From assembly GCF_000011325.1 (NCBI RefSeq), contig NC_003450.3, positions 3,060,001-3,092,000 of the forward strand: a DNA stretch of 32,000 nt. The letters are read 5' to 3'. Shown here one piece after another: positions 1-8,140 of the stretch. The position numbers and the translations under genes were made by a program. Source of the stretch: Corynebacterium glutamicum ATCC 13032. Lineage in GTDB: Bacteria; Actinomycetota; Actinomycetes; Mycobacteriales; Mycobacteriaceae. Position 1 is the stretch's first letter. Every line of letters begins with the position of its first letter. The notes beneath the pieces are model-generated. The model did not search any database. It saw only the letters and a program-made list of their open reading frames with translations, and had not been told where the DNA came from.

Positions 1-737
1 GCGCCGTGCTGTGTTCGTGGTTTTTCCTGCTCTCCAGTGCCCTATCGACCGTCTGGTTGGTTGCTCTCGGTGTCATCGCCGTGTTTTATATGGGCGCATC
101 GCTGAACTTATGGTCACTGATCGCCACATTCATCGCCATGGTCGGGCTGTCTGGCGCCGTTTATTGGGCAGCCAACAACCCCGACTCCTTGGCTCGGTGG
201 GTGCGAAAATTGACGAAAAACAGGGAGTGGGGCTTCGTCGAAAAGCTTCTTGGAAGCATTGAGCAGCTGCGCTCGGTCTCGCTCACCGGGCCGCAATTCG
301 CGGCCAGCACCGCGTGGTCTTTAGGCAATAGGCTTTTCGACGCCATCTCCCTCTGGATTTGCATCTGGGCGGTCACCGGCACTGCCCCGATGTTTGAACC
401 AGAACCCAACAACACCACCATCGCAGGCGTACTGTTGGCGTACACCACCGCAAAAATCGCAGGCTCAATCCAAGCCACCCCAGGCGGAATCGGCCCCATC
501 GAAGCCGCCTACATCGCAGCCCTCGTAGCCACCGGTATGACCGCAGTGGAAGCCGCCGGAGCTGTCATAATCTACCGTTTATGCTCATTTATCATCATGG
601 CGATTGTCGGATGGGTCATCTATTTTATCTATTTCACCCCCCAGGGACTCAAGGCCAATGAATCCCTGGATGTGGAACAGGATACGATTAACTCAGACTC
701 TAACCGACAGTCCGCAATTGAAAGGCCAGATACGTGA
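1..737 (+). CDS. Integral membrane protein, 5'-truncated by the window edge; resembles the flippase-like/UPF0104 (lysyl-PG-synthase TM-region-like) family
   Basis: The frame is open to the window edge. 243 aa are visible, with several hydrophobic helices and a TPGGIGPIEAAYIAALV motif typical of that family. The stop TGA at 735-737 overlaps the GTG of the next ORF. Confidence 0.6.
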   Translation, partial: AVLCSWFFLLSSALSTVWLVALGVIAVFYMGASLNLWSLIATFIAMVGLSGAVYWAANNPDSLARWVRKLTKNREWGFVEKLLGSIEQLRSVSLTGPQFAASTAWSLGNRLFDAISLWICIWAVTGTAPMFEPEPNNTTIAGVLLAYTTAKIAGSIQATPGGIGPIEAAYIAALVATGMTAVEAAGAVIIYRLCSFIIMAIVGWVIYFIYFTPQGLKANESLDVEQDTINSDSNRQSAIERPDT

Positions 738-1099
738 ACCGCTGGATGTCCTTGCTGTGTGATTCCATCGCCATCGGTCTCTTCGCACTCTTCGCCCGCG
801 TCGCCCACCAAAGCGCCGACATGCCACTAAATGTGCAGGGCTGGTTTTTCACATGGCTGCCATTCCTCGCAGGTGTGTTCATCGCCTACCTGGTGGCAAT
901 CCTCCCTGCGAAGCTTCCCAGCGAACGCATCCGCCCCGCTGGCCTGACCGTGTGGATACTCGCGGTAATTGTGGGACTTGTGATTTGGGGCTTCAACAAT
1001 GGTGGGGTTCCACACTGGTCCTTCATGATTGTCGCAACGACCGCCTCCGCCATTTTGGTTCTCGGCTGGCGAGCGTTGTTTAAGGTGACAATGCGCTAA
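734..1099 (+). CDS. Small four-helix membrane protein, DUF3054-like
   Basis: 121-aa ORF. Its GTG start overlaps the upstream stop (GTGA), which suggests translational coupling; an alternative ATG lies at 746. The ARVAHQS...WLPFLAG pattern and hydrophobic profile fit DUF3054. A terminator follows. Confidence 0.65.
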   Translation: MNRWMSLLCDSIAIGLFALFARVAHQSADMPLNVQGWFFTWLPFLAGVFIAYLVAILPAKLPSERIRPAGLTVWILAVIVGLVIWGFNNGGVPHWSFMIVATTASAILVLGWRALFKVTMR

Positions 1100-1107
1100 G
1101 TGCTTTT

Positions 1108-1148
1108 AAAAAATGGGAGCTTCTAGATTTCTAGAGGCTCCTTTTTTC
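1108..1148. terminator. Bidirectional rho-independent terminator
   Basis: GGAGCTTCTAGA / TCTAGAGGCTCC stem (about 10-12 bp, one U.G pair), flanked by A6 on the left and T6 on the right. It lies between the convergent DUF3054 gene and the accD3/sORF unit. Confidence 0.75.
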
Positions 1149-1183
1149 ACAACTCATCGACCCGTACTGCTTGTCTAAGACGC

Positions 1184-1227
1184 GAAAGAGGGGACCTTCT
1201 AAAGCGTTCTAGAAGGTCCCCTCTTTC
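1184..1227 (-). terminator. Perfect 17-bp inverted repeat (hairpin), 10-nt loop
   Basis: GAAAGAGGGGACCTTCT (1184-1200) and AGAAGGTCCCCTCTTTC (1211-1227) are exact reverse complements. The repeat lies 10 nt downstream of the sORF stop on the minus strand. It has no clear U-tract, so it may be an I-shaped terminator, an RNA stabiliser or a protein-binding palindrome. Confidence 0.5.
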
Positions 1228-1236
1228 TTGAAAGGC

Positions 1237-1320
1237 TTAGTAGCTCAAGAATCCTTGCAGGTAAGACAGGCTTACGCTGAGGAAGTCAATACCCGACAGA
1301 ACTGCGAAGATGGTTGCCAT
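1237..1320 (-). CDS. Candidate small hydrophobic protein, 27 aa (MATIFAVLSGIDFLSVSLSYLQGFLSY)
   Basis: ATG at 1320-1318 and TAA at 1239-1237. GAGGAG lies 6 nt upstream of the ATG. Codon choice matches neighbouring genes (GCA, ACC, ATC, TTC, CTG, GGT, TAC). It sits 57 nt downstream of accD3 and is followed by two hairpins. It is below the ORF-track length cutoff. Confidence 0.4.
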   Translation of the reverse strand: MATIFAVLSGIDFLSVSLSYLQGFLSY

Positions 1321-1377
1321 TGCGGTCTCCTCTGGTGAATTAGTTACAGGATTTCTATCTGGATAATTCTTTGGACG

Positions 1378-2928
1378 TTACATCGGCATGATCGTGTGCT
1401 TCTTGTCGAGGTCTCGCACAGCCTTGGTTTCCAGCTGGCGGACTGCTCGGCGAAGCACCAAACGGGTCTCTGCAGGTTCGATCATGGCGTCGATGTAACC
1501 ACGCTCGGCGGCCACATATGGGCTGGTCATGTTCTCATCGTAGAAGTCCATGAACAGTTTCTTCATGTATTCACGCTGCTCAGGTGGGGCGGCTTCGAGC
1601 TGCTTGCCCTGGATCATCACGACAGCTGCGGCTGCGCCCATCACGGCGATCTGTGCGGTTGGCCATGCGAAGTTGAGGTCACCGGTGAGGTTCTTGGAAC
1701 CCATCACGGCATATGCTCCGCCGTAGGCCTTGCGCACGATCAAGGAAATCTTAGGGACGGTCGATTCCACCACTGCGAAGGCTAGCTTTGCGCCACGGTG
1801 AATCAAACCGACCTTCTCTTGGTCCACGCCAGGCAGGTAGCCAGGGGTGTCCACGACGAAGATGATCGGGATGTTGTAGGCGTCGCAGATACGGATGAAG
1901 CGGGCGCCCTTGTCGGCGGCGTCAGCGTCGATGCAGCCTGCCTTATCCATTGGTTGGTTGGCCACCACACCGACTGCCTTGCCATCAACGCGGGCGAAGG
2001 TAGTGATCAGGTTGGGGGCGTACTCCTCTTGGATTTCCAGCAGGTTGGCGTCGTCGAAAAGCTTGTCCAGCAGGTCATGCATGTCGTAGCCCTGGTTAGT
2101 GTCGTCAGGCATGAACGAGTTCAGAGCTTCGTCGTAGGCGATCTCTTCATCCGTTGGTGCTGCAAACACAGGGGCTGGATCATTGCAGGTCAAAGGCAGG
2201 AAGTCGAGCAAATCCTTGACCATATTCAGGGCCTCTTCTTCAGAGGACGCCAAATAGGAAATGTTGCCGTTTTGCATCTGCTGCGCACCGCCACCGAGGT
2301 CTGCGGAAGTGATCTGCTCGCCGGTGACTTCCTTGATCACGGCTGGGCCGGTGACATACATTTCTGTTTCACCATCAACGCCGATAACAAAGTCAGTGGT
2401 CACAGGTGCATACACTGCGCCACCTGCCGATTTACCCAGCATGATGGAAATCTGAGGGCTGCGGCCAGACAGCGGAAGCTGACGACGCGCGATCTCTGAG
2501 TACATCGCCAAGGAGGTCACCGCATCCTGAATGCGGGCTCCGCCGGAATCCTGAATACCGATAACTGGGCAACCAATGCGGATAGCCATGTCCATGACTT
2601 CGCTGACTTTACGTCCGAAAGTCATGCCCACGGAACCACCGTAAACGGTCTTGTCATGGGCGTAGATGGCCACTGGGCGACCATCGATGCGACCATAACC
2701 AGTCACCACACCGTCAGAGTAAGGCGCATCGGGTTCATCCGGGGTACGGCCTAGTGCGCCGATCTCCACAAAGGATCCGGCATCAAGCAGAGCATCAATA
2801 CGCTGACGAGGGGTGGTTCGGCCTTCCTCGTCGCGCTTTTTACGTGCGCGTTCACTACCTGGGTCTTTGGCAATCTCCAGGCGTGCGCGCAGATCCGCTA
2901 GCTTCTCTGCAGTAGTGGTGTTACTCAA
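1378..2928 (-). CDS. accD3: Acyl-CoA carboxylase carboxyltransferase beta subunit dedicated to mycolate condensation (orthologue of mycobacterial AccD4)
   Basis: 516 aa with carboxyltransferase motifs (IQDSGGARIQD; two crotonase-like halves). TTG start 20 nt downstream of the pks13 stop. Synteny is pks13-accD. Confidence 0.9.
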   Translation of the reverse strand: MSNTTTAEKLADLRARLEIAKDPGSERARKKRDEEGRTTPRQRIDALLDAGSFVEIGALGRTPDEPDAPYSDGVVTGYGRIDGRPVAIYAHDKTVYGGSVGMTFGRKVSEVMDMAIRIGCPVIGIQDSGGARIQDAVTSLAMYSEIARRQLPLSGRSPQISIMLGKSAGGAVYAPVTTDFVIGVDGETEMYVTGPAVIKEVTGEQITSADLGGGAQQMQNGNISYLASSEEEALNMVKDLLDFLPLTCNDPAPVFAAPTDEEIAYDEALNSFMPDDTNQGYDMHDLLDKLFDDANLLEIQEEYAPNLITTFARVDGKAVGVVANQPMDKAGCIDADAADKGARFIRICDAYNIPIIFVVDTPGYLPGVDQEKVGLIHRGAKLAFAVVESTVPKISLIVRKAYGGAYAVMGSKNLTGDLNFAWPTAQIAVMGAAAAVVMIQGKQLEAAPPEQREYMKKLFMDFYDENMTSPYVAAERGYIDAMIEPAETRLVLRRAVRQLETKAVRDLDKKHTIMPM

Positions 2929-2948
2929 CTTCCGTCAGCTCTCCGTTA

Positions 2949-5900
2949 CTAATTCTTCCGAGAAATCTCATCAATGCGGCGACTCAAATGAGCTCCGACT
3001 GTGCCGATTTCTGGTTCATCGACAACTGCCAGGTGGTCACCATTCAGCTGAACAATTTCCAAATCGTTGACAATTCCGGACCATCCTCCATCTTGATCAA
3101 TCTTGGCATAGTTTGGTTCAAGTTCGATAGCTCCATCATGCATGCGTTCCGCGCGGAACAGGATGACAGGGGCTTCAACGTTGGCCCAGTCTGCAAAATT
3201 AAGTTTAGCCAGGATGCGGTTGTCCACAAAAGAAGCGCGCTGGTGTTCAAGCACACCTGCGGACAATCCGTGCTCGGAGGCGTCGGTGTTGGCCAGGAAG
3301 TCGGTCATCATGGACAGCATTCCGTCTTCACCGATGGTGTCCAAGATTTCAAAAGGTACCTCGAAATCAAGGCCGTAGGTCTTCTTGGCGAAGTCCGCGT
3401 AGCGAGTCCAGCGTGCACGAGTTTCCTCAGCGGTATCTGGTGCTGGGTTTGAAGGCTGCACAGTATCCAGCAACGCCACGGTAGCTACCTCAACATCGGA
3501 GCCAACCAGTTGGTGGGCAACCTCGAAGGCAACGGCACCGCCGAAGCTCCAGCCACCCAAAACTACTGGGAAGCCATCGGAGTACTTCTTGATGTCATCA
3601 ACATATGCTGCCGCGCGGTCAGCGAGATCGCCTTCCAGACGCTCAACGCCATAGACAGGGACATCTTCAGGCAGACGACGCATTAGTGGTTGGTAGACCA
3701 CGGAAGAACCGCCAGCTGGGTGGAACATGAACACTGCAGGCTTGGTGGAGCCTTCTGCACGTCCACGCAGCACACGAATGTTGCCCTGAACTTCAGTTTC
3801 GAGGCCTTCACGCACCAGGTCAGACAGTGGTTCGAGGGTTTCTGCAGCCAACACCTGTTCAGTGCTGATTTCAATTCCGGAACGCTCGGTGAGGCGCTCG
3901 GCAATTGCGGTTGCAGTATCGACATCGATCTGTGGCAACTTGCTGGTCACGCCAGCTGCCGCAGCGCCAGTCAGGCCTGCCCAAGTACCAAAGACCATGC
4001 GTTCCGACGCATCTCGCGGTGCAACGCCAACGCCCTGCACGTCCTCGCCCGAAGCAGAAGACTCAGCAGCTTGAGCCTCCCCTGCTGCCTCAGCTGGCAC
4101 CTGCGGGGTGGCGTCGACAAGCGTCTCAGAGGAGCGGCCAGCGACCATGTTTTCCACCATGATTACCACGTCAGCGACGGATGCATCGCGGAGCGCTTGG
4201 ACCTGGAGTGGTGGGATCTGGAAGTCATTTTCGATGCGGTTTTTGATGCGCATGCCCATGAGGGAGTCGAGGCCGAGGTCAATCAGTGGGAGTTCGCGTG
4301 GGAGGTCATCCACGTCGTAGCCCATTGCTTCGGAGACGATGGCGCGCATGCGCTCTTCGACGGTTTCGGTCGCTGGGTCCCAGCGGACTGCTTCGATGTC
4401 CAAAGGCAGGTCGGAGCGAGGGTCTGGCTGGTCGCTGTAATCGGTGTTGAATCCGTCGTAGCCTGGACCGTCGAAGGAAGATGCTGCGGCGAATCCTGGG
4501 TTGGCTGCGAAACCTTCGGCGACAAGAGTGCTGGTGGTTCCCTCAATCTTGTATACGGACAGGCTCAAACCGCCCAAGGAGCGAGTCACGATGGTGGTGA
4601 TTTCGCCGCTTGGTGGCAGCATGTCGCGCTCGTCCACTGCGTCGACGGAGGAACCTGGGGTGACAGCCATGGCGGCTGCTTCCATGATTGCCACTGCGGA
4701 TGGTGCCAGTTCGGCTGCGGTGGAAAACGCCACAGTGTTGTTTGGCAGATTCACGCGGAAGCCCGGCAGATCCAGGGATGCGCCAGAGGATGGGCGTGCG
4801 GAAGTCCAGAAGCGCTGGTGCTTCCAGGTGATGTGTGGCGGATCGATGGTTTCACCTTCGCCGTACAGCGCGGAGAAATCAACGTTTGCGCCGTTGACGT
4901 ACAGCTTCGCCAGAAGGTCGCGGAGGGATTCTGCCTCTGGGACTTTTCGCTTCAGGCTGAACAGCAGCTGTGCATCAGGCTTGCCCACGGTGAACGCGGT
5001 GTTCATCATGCCCATGAGTGCAACTGGGTTCGGGGAAATTTCCACCAAGGTGTTGTGGCCTGCAGCGAATGCAGCTTCGGTGGAGTCCTGGAAGTACACG
5101 GACTGGCGGGTACAGCGGAGCATGTAATCGGCGTCGTGGACCACTGCTCCAACTGGGTAGGTAACACCCTGATCGACAGAGCTGAACAACGGGATCTGCA
5201 GCGGAAGTGGCTCGATGCCAGCGATTTCGCCAGCGAGCTCACCAAGAAGTGGTTCCACAGCAGAGGTGTGGCCAGCGCCCTTGACGTTGAGCAGGCGGGC
5301 AAACTTGTCTTCAGATTCCAGCTTCTCTACGAACTGAACCACGGCGTCGCGAGGTCCACCCACGGTAGTCATGCCTGGGCCTGCATAAACAGCAGGCTCA
5401 ATGCCCTTGTACTCAGGGTTTTCTTCGATGAACTTATCCAGGTCCGCAGCGGCGAATTCCACCACAGCCATGGCACCCAGCTGATCCTCAGCCAGGGACT
5501 TCTCGCCCTCGCCCATTAGGCGGGAACGGTGGCTGGCAATGAGCATGGTATCGCGGTCGCTGAGTCCACCGGCAGCGTAAGCGGCAGCGATCTCACCCAT
5601 CGACATGCCCATGACGGCAGCTGGCTTTACACCGAAGCTTGCCAACAGGTCAGTCAGTGCGATCTGGATTGCGGTGATCACAACCTGCGCGGTCTCGGTG
5701 TCGTAAGTTTGCTCATCATCCAAAACAAGTTTCATGATGGACCAGCCGGACTCGAACTTAACCATTTCATCGAGCTCTTCGATGCGCTCGCGGAACTGTG
5801 GCGAAATTGAGCACAATTCCTTGATCATGAGGCGGTGCTGGGATCCGAAACCGGAGTACACAAACACAGGACCGTTGGCCGCTGGGGAATCAGCTGCGGA

Positions 5901-7781
5901 GATACCGACGCTGACCTTGCCTTCTGCGACCTGGCGCAGGCGCTTTACGGCTTCCTCGATAGTGCTTGCAAGCACGACTGCGCGGGAGCGGCCATGATTG
6001 CGGCCTGCCAGCGCGCGGGCTACTGGGGTTAGGTCGCAATCTTTGCGGCCCTCCAAGAAGTCCGCCAAGTCAGCAGCTGCTTGTCGACGCCTGGATGGCA
6101 GGTGACCAGACACCGGCAGGGCAACCTGCTGGTCAGGAAGCAACGCCTCCTTCGGGGCACGGGTTTCGTAGTCTTCTGCGTTGTACTCAGAGATCACCAC
6201 GTGCGCGTTGGTTCCACCGAACCCGAACGCAGACACACCAGCTACTGCGTGACCGTTGTATTCCGGCCATTCACGTGGATCTTCCACAACTTCCAAACGC
6301 TCAGCATCGAAATCGATGTAGCGGTTTGGACCTGCAAAGTTCACGGTTGGTGGCAGAGTCTTGTTCTGCAAAGCAAGCAGCACCTTGATGACACCTGCAA
6401 TACCCGCAGCTGACTCAGTGTGGCCGAAGTTGGACTTTGCAGAGCCCAGAAGAGTTGGGGTGGATGCGTCACGGCCATAGCCCAAAACAGCACCCAGGGC
6501 AGTTGCTTCAATGGGGTCACCCAGGATGGTGCCGGTGCCGTGAGCCTCAACGTAATCCACGGTGGTGGGATCAACCTGAGCGTCAACATATGCACGCTGC
6601 AGCACATCAACCTGTGCGTCAGGGTTTGGAGCGGTCAGTCCGTTGGAGTGACCATCGGAGTTCACTGCAGAACCCTTGATCACACCGATGATCTTGTCGC
6701 CGTCGCGGATTGCGTCATCCACGCGCTTCAGCACAACGACTCCGGCGCCGTCGGAACGCACGAAACCATCGGCATCATCAGAGAATGCGTGGATCTTGCC
6801 GGTTGGGCTGATCACACCGAGCTCAGCGAATGCAGTTGTGACAAATGGAGATGCCAAAATGTTCACTCCACCAGCGATAGCGTGATCCGCTTCGCCATTA
6901 CGCAGCGCACGGACAGCCTGGTGAACCGCTACCAGAGAAGAAGAACATGCGGTATCCACGTTGACGGAAGGACCGCGGAAATCGAAAGCGTAGTTAATGC
7001 GGTTAGCGACAATCGCACTAGAAGTACCAGTCAGCGCATAAGGATGTGCTTCTGCTGGATCGGCAGCGATCATCATGCCGTAATCGTTGTTGGAGGAACC
7101 TATGAACACGCCCACGGCTTCGCCACGCAAAGTGTTTGGTGCGATGCGAGCGTACTCCAAAGCCTCCCACGTTAGCTCCAGCAAAATACGCTGCTGAGGA
7201 TCCATGTTGGCGGCCTCGAGCGGAGACAGACCAAAGAACTCCGCATCAAAGCTAGAGATATCTGACAGGTAGCCACCGATGGTAGAAAACTCTTCCATCT
7301 TCCGAGACATAACCTCATCGCCTGCATACTCAGACCAACGGCCAATCGGTAGATCCGAGATACCGTCACGGCCCTCGACGAGTAGCTTCCACATATCCTC
7401 CAGGCTCTCAGCGCCTGGGTAACGCGCAGCCATACCGACAACCGCAATATCGTGGGAACCTGGGGAATCGCTCACCGCGGAGAAATTCAATTCACGCTGG
7501 GTATGTGCACGACGAGGCTCGCCCTCAACAAGGCGCTGCGCCAAACTACGGATCGTTGGGTACTCATAAGCGATGGTGGCATCCAAGGAGGTGTCCAGCA
7601 GGTTTTCCAGCTCACCAGACAACACAACAACATCGCGAGAGGAAAGGCCAAAGGTCTCCATTGCCTTGTCATCCGTAACTTCCTCCACCGGAATACCCGT
7701 GGTGCGGACAACCCAATCACGGAGCCAGGTGCGAACCTGTTCAACGGTCATCTTCTGATCCGACGATTGGCTCTGTTCCAT
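2949..7781 (-). CDS. pks13: Mycolic acid condensase, type I polyketide synthase Pks13 (ACP-KS-AT-ACP-TE)
   Basis: 1610 aa. N-terminal ACP (FGLSSRD), KS (DTACSSSLVAVH, EAHGTGT, NFGHTESAAG), AT (GMSMGE), second ACP (LGLDSLMG), TE (GGWSFGG). SD GAGG lies 7 nt upstream of the ATG. Confidence 0.95.
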   Translation of the reverse strand: MEQSQSSDQKMTVEQVRTWLRDWVVRTTGIPVEEVTDDKAMETFGLSSRDVVVLSGELENLLDTSLDATIAYEYPTIRSLAQRLVEGEPRRAHTQRELNFSAVSDSPGSHDIAVVGMAARYPGAESLEDMWKLLVEGRDGISDLPIGRWSEYAGDEVMSRKMEEFSTIGGYLSDISSFDAEFFGLSPLEAANMDPQQRILLELTWEALEYARIAPNTLRGEAVGVFIGSSNNDYGMMIAADPAEAHPYALTGTSSAIVANRINYAFDFRGPSVNVDTACSSSLVAVHQAVRALRNGEADHAIAGGVNILASPFVTTAFAELGVISPTGKIHAFSDDADGFVRSDGAGVVVLKRVDDAIRDGDKIIGVIKGSAVNSDGHSNGLTAPNPDAQVDVLQRAYVDAQVDPTTVDYVEAHGTGTILGDPIEATALGAVLGYGRDASTPTLLGSAKSNFGHTESAAGIAGVIKVLLALQNKTLPPTVNFAGPNRYIDFDAERLEVVEDPREWPEYNGHAVAGVSAFGFGGTNAHVVISEYNAEDYETRAPKEALLPDQQVALPVSGHLPSRRRQAAADLADFLEGRKDCDLTPVARALAGRNHGRSRAVVLASTIEEAVKRLRQVAEGKVSVGISAADSPAANGPVFVYSGFGSQHRLMIKELCSISPQFRERIEELDEMVKFESGWSIMKLVLDDEQTYDTETAQVVITAIQIALTDLLASFGVKPAAVMGMSMGEIAAAYAAGGLSDRDTMLIASHRSRLMGEGEKSLAEDQLGAMAVVEFAAADLDKFIEENPEYKGIEPAVYAGPGMTTVGGPRDAVVQFVEKLESEDKFARLLNVKGAGHTSAVEPLLGELAGEIAGIEPLPLQIPLFSSVDQGVTYPVGAVVHDADYMLRCTRQSVYFQDSTEAAFAAGHNTLVEISPNPVALMGMMNTAFTVGKPDAQLLFSLKRKVPEAESLRDLLAKLYVNGANVDFSALYGEGETIDPPHITWKHQRFWTSARPSSGASLDLPGFRVNLPNNTVAFSTAAELAPSAVAIMEAAAMAVTPGSSVDAVDERDMLPPSGEITTIVTRSLGGLSLSVYKIEGTTSTLVAEGFAANPGFAAASSFDGPGYDGFNTDYSDQPDPRSDLPLDIEAVRWDPATETVEERMRAIVSEAMGYDVDDLPRELPLIDLGLDSLMGMRIKNRIENDFQIPPLQVQALRDASVADVVIMVENMVAGRSSETLVDATPQVPAEAAGEAQAAESSASGEDVQGVGVAPRDASERMVFGTWAGLTGAAAAGVTSKLPQIDVDTATAIAERLTERSGIEISTEQVLAAETLEPLSDLVREGLETEVQGNIRVLRGRAEGSTKPAVFMFHPAGGSSVVYQPLMRRLPEDVPVYGVERLEGDLADRAAAYVDDIKKYSDGFPVVLGGWSFGGAVAFEVAHQLVGSDVEVATVALLDTVQPSNPAPDTAEETRARWTRYADFAKKTYGLDFEVPFEILDTIGEDGMLSMMTDFLANTDASEHGLSAGVLEHQRASFVDNRILAKLNFADWANVEAPVILFRAERMHDGAIELEPNYAKIDQDGGWSGIVNDLEIVQLNGDHLAVVDEPEIGTVGAHLSRRIDEISRKN

Positions 7782-7788
7782 ATTGAGG

Positions 7789-7867
7789 CCTCAGCCTTTC
7801 AGCTCGATTACAACTTAAACTTAAAAAAATATTAAAACTATCCGCCTCAACCAAAACGAGGCTGAGG
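7789..7867 (-). promoter_or_regulatory. pks13 leader with 9-bp inverted repeat pairing the SD with an upstream anti-SD, plus a competing local hairpin
   Basis: On the minus strand, CCUCAGCCU (7867-7859) is complementary to AGGCUGAGG (7797-7789), which contains the pks13 SD. GCCUC (7862-7858) can alternatively pair with GAGGC (7848-7844). An AT-rich block lies between them (7811-7840). The transcription start site is unknown. Confidence 0.3.
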
Positions 7868-8042
7868 AGAATAGACATCCAGACGTTTATCGCTATTCAA
7901 CCTTCGAACGTTTCATCCCCAGGTCAGAAGCAATTTTTTCCAGACGGATTTGTAAACCTATCGCGTCCACCGCTAACTGCAATAGTTTACAAGGACAAAG
8001 CGCTCGATGGAATTTATAGAGAAGCTTCACCTGACAATTCCG

Positions 8043-8066
8043 CTGATGTTTCTACTGATGTTTCCA
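8043..8066. repeat. 12-bp tandem direct repeat x2 (CTGATGTTTCTA / CTGATGTTTCCA)
   Basis: Read directly from the sequence. It lies between the fadD32 terminator and the pks13 upstream region. Confidence 0.7.
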
Positions 8067-8071
8067 CTATG

Positions 8072-8119
8072 CACAAAACCAAAAGAACCCCGACGGATTC
8101 TGTTGAAAATCCATCGGGG
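8072..8119 (-). terminator. Rho-independent terminator of fadD32
   Basis: Minus-strand RNA: CCCCGAUGGAUU-loop-AAUCCGUCGGGG (12 bp, one G.U pair) followed by UUCUUUUGGUUUUG. It starts 22 nt after the fadD32 stop. Confidence 0.8.
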
Positions 8120-8140
8120 CCCTGCGGTGTCTGCAAAGAA

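Noticed and set aside
3690-5519. 609-aa ORF on the + strand antisense to pks13. Similar long antisense or alternate-frame ORFs occur at 8069-9265, 11627-12523, 12524-13834, 16989-17750, 20652-21194, 25216-25851 and 27192-28280.
   Set aside because: Each lies entirely inside a gene with clear family motifs on the other strand. Their translations are low-complexity, Arg/Gly/His/Cys-rich and lack motifs. This is the typical shadow-ORF effect of biased codon usage in GC-rich actinobacterial DNA.
7750-7880. A minus-strand uORF of roughly 43 codons, starting at the ATG in ...CTGGATGTCT... and overlapping the pks13 start out of frame.
   Set aside because: It has no SD, it has an AT-rich low-complexity middle, and it is probably upstream of or spanning the promoter. 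I have no supporting evidence beyond an open frame.
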